DNA from: Leucoraja ocellata
Taxonomy: Eukaryota
Direction of reading: 5' to 3'
Length of the DNA stretch: 64,000 nt
Assembly (NCBI GenBank): GCA_036785375.1
Contig: JAWMAR010000240.1
Coordinates: 1,302,001 to 1,366,000, forward strand
A model generated the notes under the pieces. That model was given only the letters and a program-made list of their open reading frames with translations, made no database searches and was not told where the DNA came from. Each line of letters starts with the position of its first letter. The stretch's first letter is position 1. Position numbers and translations under genes: made by a program. Positions 37,552 to 50,114 of this stretch are shown one piece after another.

Positions 37552-39572
37552 TTAGTCATAGTCATACAGCAAAAAAACAGGCCCTTCAGCTCAACTAATC
37601 CATGCCAACCAAGATGCCCCATCATGAATCATAAAATCTTTAGCATTTTCAAGGCAAGTATCTACCATTTGCTATTGAAGATAGGTCCCATCTCCATCTC
37701 TCCAGAGATGTTGGCTGTACTGCTGAGTTACTTCAGAATTTTGTGTGTAACTTTGGTGTAAAGCAGCATCTGCAGTTCCTTCCAACACATACCATCTTCC
37801 ATTGTTGGTAGTGCGATCTTTCAGTCATTTTATTAATATTGTTAAGATCTGACAATGCCAAGTCAGTCTTGATCGGCACTCTTCCTTAAGCTGTCCAATT
37901 CCATCTGAGGATAATTCAGCATTAAGCATTCCATGGTTACTGGCTTGTAATCTTCTAATGCATATCTGATGATTCCAGTGAATGTTGCTTTGTTAATCGA
38001 ATCATTATCATCATATGTGCTAATATTCATGCTCAAACACGCCTTTCCTTTCTGAAGGGGCTTTATTGTAATACAATCACAAACTGACAGTCCTATTGCT
38101 ATTCATAATCACCACATTGATGCAACACTGGTGCGTGGCCCGCAACAGAAAGACACTCTCATCTGAAAAATTATAAGGCAGATTTAAATGAATCTTAGCA
38201 AGTTCAAAATCTTTAGTTGTTTCCACATATGTGAAGAAGAATTACAATATATTCAGCTTTTGCATCTGTTTGAAATATTGCCTGACTGATTTAAGTGTAA
38301 CATACTCACCATGATTCAAACAGTGAGTATCGACCTCATTGACGACAAGCATGCTTCAAGCAAGCTCTTGCTCCTTGTTCTGCACAATTATTCCCCGCTC
38401 ACTATTTTCCATGCAGTTCATTATTTTCTCGGCAGAAAGTTGAGACTTCTGGCACTTGTTGTGCATTTTATCAAAACAGGGCAAAAGTTTTCCGCTGTGA
38501 AATTCATCTCTCCTCCCATACGTACAAATCTTTTATGGTCATGGCCTTCCCTTAAACTCCGCTTGCAGCTCTTCTCTGTTTCCCACAAAGATTATTAATT
38601 TTATACAAGGCACTTACGGTACATTCTATCCTGTTGACATACAAAGTAAATCTGCCTTACTTTGCTTACTTTCTCACAGTTCGGGTCAGTTTCCCGAAGC
38701 AATCCTTGCACCGTTACATCTTCCAGTCCTCACCCAAGTCTACCTCCGAGTACTTCGTCTAGCATTATTGACTGAAGTTTAAATGATTCTACCTTTGAAG
38801 TTCAAAATCTTCTGCAAATTTGTATGCAGCTGCTCTGCATTGAACTCCTGTTAAACTTATACTTCTTGAAGGGCATACTTAATCACCACTGAAAAGAACT
38901 TCTGCAACACGTGTTGTTTTGCATTGTGCCCCTTTAGCCCAGTCCACCCAAGTGGCATAAACCTCACATCTTCCCCTCTCACAGTAACAAGCTTTGCTAC
39001 CTGGAATCATTCTGTTTTCTGCTCCAACTCCTCAGCATAATTCGACCGTCAACACAAAAGTCCTTCAGTTTTTTTTCACATTTCCATCATGTAGCTAGAG
39101 AGCTAATGGCAAGGATAGAATACTTCATGAAGCTATCATGCACACAATTATATTTTCAAGCAGTTACAACCTACTCGAAGATAGTCATCAAAAGAAGTGT
39201 GTGGCTTAATGCAAACACTTCCACCAGTGCTGCTGTTTGTCAATTCCTCTTTAATTAAAAGCATGGTTGAGACCTAATACTGTACCAAAACTGACTTTTA
39301 TCTGAAGTAAAGTAAAGCAATTTCATTTGGCATTTTTACAGACTATACTGTTTTTGCTGCTTCACAATCCTGGACACACCCTGGAACAATGTAAATTTAC
39401 AAATCAGATGGTTGAGATGAGTTGGTACGGTGGGCCAAGCAATGGTTAATATATTTTTTGGAGGGGGGGGGCTAATAAGACACAGTATACGCAGTAAATG
39501 GTAGGACCTAAGGAAGTACTTCGAAACAAAGGCCTTGGCGTTTTTGTCCAAAGATCTCAGACAACACAGTAA

Positions 39573-39908
39573 AGGGCCTGTCGCACTGTACAAGGTAATT
39601 CAAGAGTTCTCCCGAGTTTTCCCCTGATTCGAACTCGGAGAATGTCCATAGCGGGTACGTAGGATTTCATGGATGTCCCGTAGCAGCTTGTACGAGTAAA
39701 AAGTAACAATTTTTTTCATCACGAGTATTTATTTACTCGTGGACATTTTTTGCAGTGTTGAAAAAACGTCACGAGTTTACCAGATTTCCCGAGTACCTAC
39801 TGTTAGCATTACGGGCCGCTACGAGACATCCACGATCTCCTACGGACCCGCTACGGACATTCTCCGAGTTCGAATCAGGGGATTACCTCGTTCAGTGGGA
39901 CACGCCCT
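39573..39908. mobile_element. Harbinger-type MITE
   Basis: TIRs agggcctgtcgcactg / cagtgggacacgccct; TAA TSD. Confidence 0.85.
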
Positions 39909-40279
39909 TAAAGAAGATAAAGTGGTTAAGGAGGCATACAGATTCTTGCCTTCATTAGCTGGATCACAGACTATAAGAGTAGCTAAGAGCTACTGTGTGC
40001 AAATCTGGTTTCCGCATATAGGCTGGAGATTCACCAGGATGAAACCTGCATGAAGTGCTTCAGCTATGAGCTGAGACTGGATTGGCTGGATTTATTTTCT
40101 TTTGAGTACAGAAGGCCAATTTCCTGACCGAGGTATAGAACATGATGACAGGCATAGCCAGGATAGATTGTGAGAAACTTTTCCCTGCAACGATCGTCTC
40201 GTAAGAGAAAGATGATTTAGGAGGGGATTTGTAGAACTCTTTCACTCAGAGAGTGGTTAAAACATACTGGCTGGGGAAG

Positions 40280-40760
40280 AGACACAAAAAGCCGGAGTAA
40301 TGCCCCTGTCCCACTTAGGAAACCTAAACGGAAACCTCTGGAGACTTTGCGCCCCACCCAAGGTTTCCGTGCGGTTCACGGAGGTTGCAGGTGGTGGAAG
40401 CAGGTAGGGAGACTGACAAAAACCTCCGGAAATCGTACGGAAACCTTGGGTGGGGCACAAAGTCTCCAGAGGATTCCGATCAGGTTTCCTAAGTGGGACA
40501 GGGGCATAACTCAGCGGATCAGACAGCATCTTTGGAGAAAAGGAATAGGTGATGTTTTGGGTCAACACTTCTGCAGACCGAGAGTCAGGGGAAAGGGAAA
40601 CAAGAGGTGTAGACGATGATATAGAGAGATGTAGATGAAATATAGAGGCTATAGAGAGATATAGAACAAATGAATGAAGGAAATGCAAGAAAGTAACGAT
40701 GATAAAGGAAACAGGCCGTTGTTAGCTGTGGGCTAGGTGAGAACAAGTTACAGACAATGA
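40280..40760 (-). mobile_element. Penelope-like terminal fragment
   Basis: Reverse complement of the Penelope 3' region seen at 10450-10710 and 62580-62895. Confidence 0.7.
40301..40506. mobile_element. Harbinger-type MITE, young and palindromic
   Basis: TIRs tgcccctgtcccacttaggaaacct / aggtttcctaagtgggacaggggca; perfect TAA TSD. Confidence 0.92.
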
Positions 40761-41499
40761 GTCTGGGGAATAGTGGAGGTAGGAAATCTCACAACATTTA
40801 TAAATTTAGGAAACCATCTGAAACGCTCTGACAAAGAAGGCTAACTAGTGAAAATGGGGTTAGTACAGATAGGTAGCTAATGGCTGATATGCACAGTGGG
40901 ATAATGAGCCTGATTCGATGATGTACAAATCCACTCCATGGTCTGGTTCCATCCTGATTGCATGTGTAATGCTGCTAACTCCATAATCTTCAGGTGAGCA
41001 AGGAATTTAATTGCACTGTGGAACATATAATAAGATAATCTAACCTAATCTAATCTAATGTAATCTATCTCATTAGAAATGCAAAACTGTCTTCAAAGAT
41101 CTGGCAATTATTATGGCATGAATTTCCTTTTCCACAGCCAGTTGCATTAATGCATCAATTCAAGAGAATCTCTGACACCCAGCAACAGTTTTGTTATGTA
41201 ACATGTTGGGAACTCAATGGCATCAAGTCTCCAACAACAGTGGGGAAGTACAAATCATAGTTGATATTTGTGTTTGTTTTCTTTACTGAACACAAAATAA
41301 AGATTGGAACACACACAAAAGTTACAAATATCAAATCAACTTTCAAAGAATTAGAGAAAGAAATACTTTAAAATTATACCTAATGGAACTGGCCATCAGC
41401 GTTCCCTGTTTGTTGATGTATTTATCTGTGTGAATTGTGATCCATACACATGAAGTTAGAGGTTTTGGGAAGTGCGTGGGCAGTTGAATAGATTCCTAA

Positions 41500-42267
41500 A
41501 AGGCCTGTCCCACTTGTGTGCGATTGGAGCGATAGGCCGGAAGCGACGGTCTCACGCATCATCACGCGCCTTCGTGCGTTAGCACAGTACGTGACGTCAT
41601 TTGCGCATATAAAGGGGGTTGCTGGCTGCTATTCCATGGCCATCATGAAAGAAATACAGGTTGCATTGCTACAACAGCAACAGAGACATCTGTCAGCAGC
41701 AGCCCTCATGCTTACAGATCATCCAGGCAGGAGTACAAGGAAGGCTAGCAAGAATCCCAGGAAGAGGTCTGTGTGGACGAGGTCCTTGTTCCGGATGAGA
41801 CCCACTTTGGGCCAGTATGAGATCATGATGACGGATCTTTTTGGAGCCATCTGCACTGTGGATCGGTACAGCTGGGAAGAAAATCCACTCCGTGGCAAGA
41901 AACATGGTGAGTGTGGTGAGGATTTTATTGTTGACGCGAAAAAGGCGGGCCGACTGATTTTGGGCGGTGCATGGCGTCACATGGTGACGTCATCATGCAA
42001 CATCACGCGCTATGTGTACGACATCAAGATGCCTGCGTGCGACCGCAATATGCCTACGCGCGTACGCGCTACATCATGCCAGAGGCGCGCAAAGATTTCG
42101 TAGCCTACAAAATCCCAGAGCGTTGCGCGATACCGTGCACAATTCCATACACTTCCGTGCTTCTCCATGCGACGGTCCCACGCGGCCCACACGATACCCG
42201 TGCACCTCAATGCGACAACGAGGTCGCGTAATTAGCGTGCCAAAGACACGCACGTGGGACAGGGCCT
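41500..42267 (+). mobile_element. Internally deleted Harbinger element retaining a transposase N-terminal remnant
   Basis: TIRs aaggcctgtcccac / gtgggacagggcct with TAA TSD; ORF segment RKRSVWTRSLFRMRPTLGQYEIMMTDL resembles Harbinger transposase N-termini (RxWVRxWxxRRxxxGxYxxLxxEL). Confidence 0.75.
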
Positions 42268-42597
42268 TAAGCAGTAATCACATTTTATAAAATTACCCAC
42301 CTTTCTTTTGTAAGACACTGGATGTTCCTGCCAATTCAGTCAATCGCCTCCTAAGATGTCAAGTGGACTTGATGTCATTTAGACTTCACTTAGACATCAA
42401 ACTATGTAGTAGAGGATTTTCAGCATATTTTATAGTGAGATACGTTTGTTAATAGCTGTTGATCTCTAGTCACAGAATTCCTTCATTTGTATGGGGAAGA
42501 TAGCAGAACTGCACAGCTCACGCAGCCACAAGAACATATAAACTCCGTACAGCCATCACCCATAGTCAGAATTGAACTCGGGTCTCTGACATTGTAA

Positions 42598-42725
42598 AGG
42601 TCCTGTCCCACTTACGCAACTTTTTCGGCGACTTGCCGGCACTCGTCATTGTCACAGCAGGCTGCTGAAAATTTTCAACATGTTTTTGGCAACCTACTAC
42701 GACTAGTGTAAGTGGGACAGGCCCC
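42598..42725. mobile_element. Small Harbinger-type MITE nested in an HE1 SINE fragment
   Basis: aggtcctgtcccacttac / gtaagtgggacaggcccc. Confidence 0.8.
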
Positions 42726-43574
42726 AAAGGCAGCAACTCTACCAATACACCTGCAGAATTGTTTTTTCCCCTAAGGAATTCTTCCCAAATTTATTTTATG
42801 CCCACTCCATAAATTTTAATAACAGTACACATTAAACAATGATTTTGTGGAGATGTCATTGGCCACTTCACCACAATTTAATCTCCATTGGAAGTGAATA
42901 TCCAGCCATTATATTTCGATATATAGCAAAAGGATGTTTCATTGTCTCTTGATGAATCAAACAATTCGTGTTTTAAACATATATTTATTTAATTCTTATG
43001 TTAGTACTTTAGTAAATGGACAATACATACAGTATAAATACCAAGGTATTTTGGAGTAATGTCTCATTAATCTTTTGTAAGTACAGGATGATACACTGGC
43101 TTTAGACATATCAGATGCAATGTCACAGCTAAAGCAGGCCTCAGCCTCAAGAAAGCTCTTACTGACCTTTCTAACAACCTGTGTAAACAGCATCAACATA
43201 AATACATCAGCTATATGGGATAAAACCTCTATAGAACATCAACAAGGCGACAAAGGTTACAGAAAGCTAATGTCAAAATGCACTGCAAGTAATAACTAAT
43301 GGTCACAAGTTTGATTGATAATATTTCATGCAACGTCTCAATTCATCTTTCCTATCGTTTTGCTGTGAGAAGTCGGATCAAGTTAAGCAGCAACACAGCA
43401 GGATTGATTTCACCAAACAAAGTAAACACGAGAAAAGGACAAAGAAGGAAGTGCCATTGACTGACAAGTGTTCACACCTATTACTAACCAAAAGGAATGA
43501 ATATGAGAGAAATCAAGGAGGCAGTTCAAGAGGATCTTATGATTTAAATGCACAGCAACATTCCAAGGCTTAAT

Positions 43575-45010
43575 TATCTTTGGGTATGTATTATCTTTCA
43601 AGAATCACTAGAGTCAGGAGTGGTCCCAGAGGACTGGAAAATGTTGCTCTGCTGTTGGAGGAGGAGGAGAGACAAAAGAGGGGAAACTATTGGAGTGACT
43701 TCAGTGGTTGGTGACATTTTAGTGTTCATTATTAAGGATGAGGTTCCCTAGTACATAGAAAGAAGCACATGATAAAATAAGCCAAAGTTTGTGAAGGGGA
43801 GATCTTGCCTGACAAATCTGTTGGAATTCTTTGAGGAAGTAAATAGCAGGAGATAAAGGAGAGTCATTTGATGTTATTTACTTGGAGTCTCAGAAGGCCT
43901 TTGATAAGGTGCTGCACATGAGGCTGCTAAACACGTCCATGGCATTAGAGGGAAAATACTAGCATAGATAGAAGGTTGGCTGAACGGCAGAAGGTTAAGG
44001 GTGGGAATAAAGGGATATTTTTCCGGTTGGCTGCCAGTGACTAGTGGTGTTCCACAGGGGTCAGTGTTGGGTCAGTAACACATCACATTGTATATTAATG
44101 ATTTGGATTATGGAATTGATGGCTTTGTGGTCAAGTCTGCAGATGATATGAAGATATGTGGAGGGGCAGGTAGTGTAAAGGAAGGTGAAAGTCTGCAGAA
44201 GGACTTGAACAGGTTGGGAGAGTGGGCAAAGAAGTGGCAGATGGAATACAGTGTAGCAAAGCATGGAGTCATGCATTTTGGTAGAAGGAATAAAGGGATG
44301 GACGATTTTTAAATGGGGCGAGGATTTAGAAATCTGAGGTGCAGGATTCCCAAAAGGTTAAATTTGCAAGATGAATCAGTAGTATGGAAGGCAAATGTAA
44401 TGAGAACAATAATTTTGAGCGGACTAGAATATAAAAACAGTGATGTAATGCCAAGGCTTTTTAAGGCACTGGTCAAACCACAATTGGGGTATTGTGAGCA
44501 GTTTTGGGCCCCATATCTGAGAAAGGATGTGCTGGCATTGGTGAGAGTCCAGAGGAGCTTTACGAGATTAATCCCAGGATGATTGGGTTAATATATAATG
44601 AGCATTTCATGACTCTTGGCCTGTACTCGCCGGAGTTTAGAGGGACAAGTAGGGATCTCCTTGATAGTTACGAATAATGAAAGGCCTCAATAGAGTGAAT
44701 GTGTAGAGGATATTTCCATTAGTGCTAGAGTCTAGCACAGCCTCTGAATAAAAGAAAGTACTTTTAGAAAGCAGATGAGGAGGAATTTCTTCAGCCAGAC
44801 GGTGGGGAAACAGTGGAATTAATTGGCTATTGGCTACTGGCTATTTTTAAGGCTGAGATTATCAAATTCCTGATTAGTAAGGGTGTCAAAGGTCATGGAG
44901 AGAAGGCAAGAGAATGGGGTTGAGAGGAACAGATAGGTCAGCATAATTGAATGGCAGAGTAGTCTCAATCGGCTGAATGACCTAATTCTGCGCCCATGAT
45001 TTATGAATTT
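43575..45010 (+). mobile_element. CR1 LINE ORF2 RT-to-3' fragment, decayed
   Basis: IIFQESLESGVVPEDWK; SCLTNLLEFFEEV; SGVPQGSV; YINDLDYGIDGFVVKSADDMKI; YCEQFWAPYLRKD. Confidence 0.92.
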
Positions 45011-45055
45011 AGGAACTATAGTAGACATTTAAAAAAAAGTTCTAAATTCATGGAC

Positions 45056-45643
45056 TAGGAGGAAGCAATGGAAAAGGGGTGTCAGTTCCAGAAGAAAGAC
45101 CTAGTGCTCCACTCACAGGGTAAACCAAGCAATTCAGCTAATATCAAGATGTACCATGCAGAGAGAGAAAAGAAGACTACATGTGTCACTGCCTTTCATC
45201 AATTTGAAGATATCTCTCAGGTTAAAAAATAAATCTTCTGGAATTCTACCACATAGGTGCAGTAAAGTGGACCTTTTGCCTGGTAGGTCCATTTGGCTCT
45301 GAATCTATTCCGATCCCCGGGGTTGAATCACATGTTAATGTGGCCTCAACGCAAGTTCACATACATATGATTCAACCTCGGGGATTGGAATAGATTCAGA
45401 GCCAAATGGACCTACCAGGCAAAAGGTCCACTTTGCTGCACCTTTGTGAAGGATTTCCAGAAGATTTTCTTTTAACCTGAGAGAAATCTTCAAATTGATG
45501 AAAGGCAGTGAGAAATTGAGTCTTCTTTCCTCTGTGTCTGCGTGGTACATCTTGCCATTAGCTGAATTGCTTGGTTTACCCTGTGAATGGAGCACTAGGT
45601 CTTTCTTCTGGAACTGACACCCCTTTTGCATTGCTTCCCCCTG
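45056..45643. repeat. Long imperfect palindrome (~280 bp arms, ~15-27 nt loop)
   Basis: ggaagcaatggaaaaggggtgtcagttccagaagaaagacctagtgctcc... mirrored by ...ggagcactaggtctttcttctggaactgacaccccttttgcattgcttcc. Confidence 0.97.
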
Positions 45644-46023
45644 GCAGAATTAGCATTTAATGCCCGAGTGCCCTCAGTAGAAAGCCATTGGAGTCAGTCC
45701 ATGTCATGATGGTACTCTAATAACGTTTTTATGCTTCATAGTTCCATGATTCCCAATGATGAGAAAGAAAGAGTGATATGACGTTGAGTGGGCATAGCTG
45801 CAATTTGGAGGGGAAATTTGCTTAGGTGATGTTTTCCTCTAATCAATAGTAACTGCAGAAGCTGAAATCTTGAGCAAATCACAAAGTCTGGAATAACTCA
45901 GAGGGCCAAGCAGTGTCTGTAGAGGGAATGGATAGGCAATATTTCAGAATGAGACCTTTCTGCAGACTACTCCGGTCTGAAGTAGGGTCCCGACCTGAAA
46001 CATCACCTATCCATTCCCTCCAT

Positions 46024-48219
46024 AGGCACTGCCTAACCTGCTGAGTTACTCAGTTACAATTTAATGTTTCTTCATTAAAATTCAGAAAATATAATGCAGT
46101 TCCTCAGAAAATAAAGATACGCTTTCTGTACAAAAATGATCCAGTCAACAGGCAGCCATGTGCTGATAAACTCTGAGTTGCATATGTGGCACAAAAATGC
46201 CAGCCAGTGACCTCTTCAACAAAATATAAATCTTGGCACCTTCCCTTAATGTTTAATGGTATTACTTACCATTTTATTCATAGGAGTCACCACTGACTAG
46301 TCAAGACCCCTCTCGACCCGAAACGTCACCATTCCTTCTTTCCAGAGATGTCGCCTCTCCTGTTGAGTTACTCCAGCATGTTGTGTCTAACTTTGATTTA
46401 AACCAGCACCTGCAGTTCCATCCTACACACTTAACTGAAGGAATTGCATATCTCAATGTGGTTGCAGTGAGTTAGAGAAAGTAATTGAACATCATTAGGC
46501 CCTCTCCACTTGTACAGCTCATGTTGTGATGTACCAAGACTGCAATGATTCACCACCACAATCAGATAATTTGATATCAATGAGCATGGCAGCAGTCAGT
46601 GGAAGGGGTTGCTTCTTGATCTCAGGCCAAAATGTTATGAAGGCTTCCTGATGCCACAATCAATGAAGTGCGATGCCAATGTCAATGTGAAGGACTCCAT
46701 GCCTCCATTAGCACCACAGGAGTGACCACTGGATTGTGAAGCCCACTCCACTTCTCCAAAAGGGGAAGCCATGATCCCAATCAAGCAAATTAGCCTGATC
46801 TGATTTTTAAAAAATTGTTCTTTAGATGTCAGAAATCCATGGAGTGTGAAAGCCAAACTCCTTGGGATCGCTCACTGTCTCAGTGACAGTGTTAACAGTG
46901 GAGTCCCGAAACGATGATTCTATCAACACTGAAACTTGCAAGGATGTATGTGACAAAAGTCCTGTGATTACGCTGAATGGCAGATCCCAAACTGCTACAA
47001 GGAAGAAGGTAGAGACTAGCAGAAGAATTGGCACCATCCCCATAATCTCATTCCTTGTGATGCAAATTGAGAATTTGTTTTCTGATCCAAACTATGGTGT
47101 TTTCTGACCTTCCAACTAGCCTTTATTTTATAATGACATCTTCCATCCTAATGTATTCTGTTGTCGTTGATAGTAGGCTCTTGGTCTTAAAGCTCTTTAT
47201 ATCTTAATGCAATGCGAGAGATAAAATTACTGACATTTCAGTTGGTAGAATTGTTCAGAGAATGGATATTCTCAATCATGAGGATCAGCAGAGTCATTCT
47301 GTAATACATCATGACAGTTTTATTTAAGGATCATTGATAAGTGATTTGGAAACAGGCAACAGAGCCCAAATGCTGTTGTTCTGTGTAAGTTGGAACTGCA
47401 GATGCTGGTTTACTCCGAAGATAGACACAAATTGCTGGAGTAATTCGGCGGGTCTGGCAGCATCTTGGGAGAAAAGGAATAGGCGACGTTTCGACCATAG
47501 AAACATAGAAACATAGAAATTAGGTGCAGGATTAGGCCATTCGGCCCTTCGAGTCTGCACCGCCATTCAATATGATCATGGCTGATCATCCAACTCAGTA
47601 TCCCGTACCTGCCTTCTCTCCATACCCCCTGATCCCCTTAGACCATGGATCATTGTGGGCTCTATCTTTCCTTGGTCATCAGTGCCGGCTCCAATTTAGT
47701 TTAGTTTAGTTTAGAGACACTGCACGGAAACAGGCCCTTCGGCAACAAAGTCCACGCCGACCAGCGATCCTCACACGCTAACACTATCCTACACACGTTA
47801 GGGACAATTTACACATACACCAAGTCAATTAATCTACAAACTTGTATGCCTTTGGAGTGTGTGAGGAAACCGAGAATCTTGGAGAAAGCCTACACAGGTC
47901 ACGGGGAGAACGTACAGACAACACTCGGAGTCGGGATCTAACCCGGGTCTCCGATTTGTTCTGAAGCATTTCATACCTCTAGTTTCCCTCACCCCTGCCT
48001 CTAATTCCGAAGAAGGGTCTCGACACAAACGTCATCAATTCCTTCACTGGTTTACTTCTGTGTTGTGTCATTCTACAATTATCAGAAAATCATTGAAACT
48101 ATACCAGAAATTAACTTTGAGCTATTTTAATGCTGTTGAGCATAAAATGGGAGTCATTTGGTAACCCAGAGGAAAGATAATCAGCAAACCAGATTAGAAA
48201 AATAAAAAAAGAACAGGAT
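46024..48219. repeat. Right arm of large inverted duplication (partner 32280-37297)
   Basis: Colinear reverse-complement homology including the shared HE1 SINE and Penelope repeats. Confidence 0.95.
47499..47640 (-). mobile_element. Young 5'-truncated CR1 insertion specific to the right arm
   Basis: (catagaaa)n tail; TSD GACCAT at 47493-47498 and 47641-47646; empty site at ~32845-32860. Confidence 0.92.
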
Positions 48220-48589
48220 AGTTAACCGTTTACCAAACAGCATTGCTCAATTAATGATCATCAGCTGATGCAGTAAATTAATAGCATTAGAAAAATCAGG
48301 TGATGCTGATCACATCAGTGCATGTAATTGAGCAGCCGATTCAAACAGCTACACAAATTGATTAGATATGTCCCAAAACTAAAAATGTCACGCTGATTGA
48401 AATCATGCTGCTTGTCTCGCCAAAGTTCAAGGTTTAAACATATAAACATATTATGTTTCTGTTTTCTCAACTGTAACTAAATGCCGTATCAAGATTAACA
48501 TTTTTGTACAGATTTTAAATAGCACTTTTCTTTCCACAATTATATTAACAGTTCTTCCAGTTATAGTTCAATACAAACATTATAATAGC

Positions 48590-48762
48590 GAAGGAAAGAA
48601 CTGCAGATGCTGGTTTAAATCAACGATAGACACAAAATGCTGGAGTAACTCAGCGGGACAGGCAGCATTGCTGGAGAGAAGGAATGGGTGACGTTTCCCA
48701 TTCCTTCTCTCCAGAGATGCTGCCTGTTCCGCTGAGTTATTCCAGCATTTTGTGTCTATCTT
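48590..48762. mobile_element. Palindromic Penelope-derived short repeat
   Basis: gatagacacaaaatgctggagtaactcagcggg...gaatggg tgacgttt cccattcc...ccgctgagttattccagcattttgtgtctatc. Similar copies at ~15570-15800, 17700-17890, 45850-46050, 51782-51950, 54495-54640 and 60232-60460. Confidence 0.8.
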
Positions 48763-50114
48763 ATAATTATAGTGAATACAGTTTGTGGTAACCCATCTTT
48801 ATTCTAATAACATCAGGGCAGATTGTGAGAATTAATGGTCTACGATTCACATCTGATTGGTGTGAGCACGAGGGGAAGACCAGCTGCCCAATTTAATGTC
48901 AAACTAAGTTATTTACCAACATGAATTCATCTAAGCTCTTTATTGTGATTGCATTATGGCTCAAATGATAGATTTCATTTTTTAAATGTCAAAAGATTTA
49001 AAAATAAACCAGAGGCATATTTTTAACAGTGCACCAAATATCATGTGAATTAATTACTGTTATTTACTAACAAAGCCCCTTTTAATCGTTCTCATATTTA
49101 TCATGTCAAAGAGCACTCAGCACAATTTTATGAATTGACTTGAATGGGTCCTTCAACTGGGAATGGTTGGAAATAATTAGTCTTTTATTCTACTATTTCC
49201 ATGGGGAACGGGATCATCAGCACTCAATGTTAATGAGTCCTTTGTTTTCTCTATTTTGCAAGGTAATTTTAAATTAAATGTTTTGGTTATTAGTGGAGTC
49301 ATGCATTCACTGCCCCACCCCTTCTGCTCTCAAATACACTCACAATATGAAATGCTCAAAGATTTCCTCTCCTCTCAAGTTAAACATTCATACACTGTTC
49401 CTAAATCTCCTTTCCTGCCTTCCCTCTGGTCCCAGTCACTTACACCAGTGCTGACTCAAACTCATTTACCGGAGCTCATCTATTGCTCCTTCAATCTCTT
49501 TTGTGACTCGGACAAATTATGACACAAGGAAGCCGCCCAGCTGATTGTGTCCATGCCGATATGCAAATATCCGTCTGAAGACGGGTCTCGATCCAAAACA
49601 TCACCCATTCCTTCTCTCCAGAGATGCTGCGTTATTCCAGCTTTTTGTGTCTAGCTTCATTTCAAACCAGCATCTGCAGTTACTTCCTACCACAAAGATT
49701 CCAACTCTGGTCTTGACCATTCAACATTGCGCCCTGACTATTCAACAAACATGCTCTGATTATGTCAACGTTTCCTTTCCTCAGGTTCTGTGTCTTTGCC
49801 TTTCAAACTATTGCTGTCTGTTCCTTCTTGAAAAGTTGCATTACACACATTAGTCCTTTCCAACTCACATTCCAGCACTGCACTCCCATTTTCTCTGGAA
49901 CCCCTGAATGTGTTACCTTGACTAAAATCATGATTACGCTCCATAGGTTTGCAACCATGACGTATAGTTGTTCAGCATCCTATCCAGAGGATCAGACAAA
50001 ATTATTGCTCCTCTATCACCATTCCTTTGGTACTTGCTCAGTCTATCGCAATGCTTTATGCATGTCCGTAAAACACTCCGAAGTGTTCTTGATATCCTAA
50101 AGTACAATCTATAA

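Noticed and set aside
38300-38900. Initial impression of a TRIM or zinc-finger pseudogene
   Set aside because: Translation showed no RING/B-box spacing and several stops; kept only as an unidentified exon-like region.
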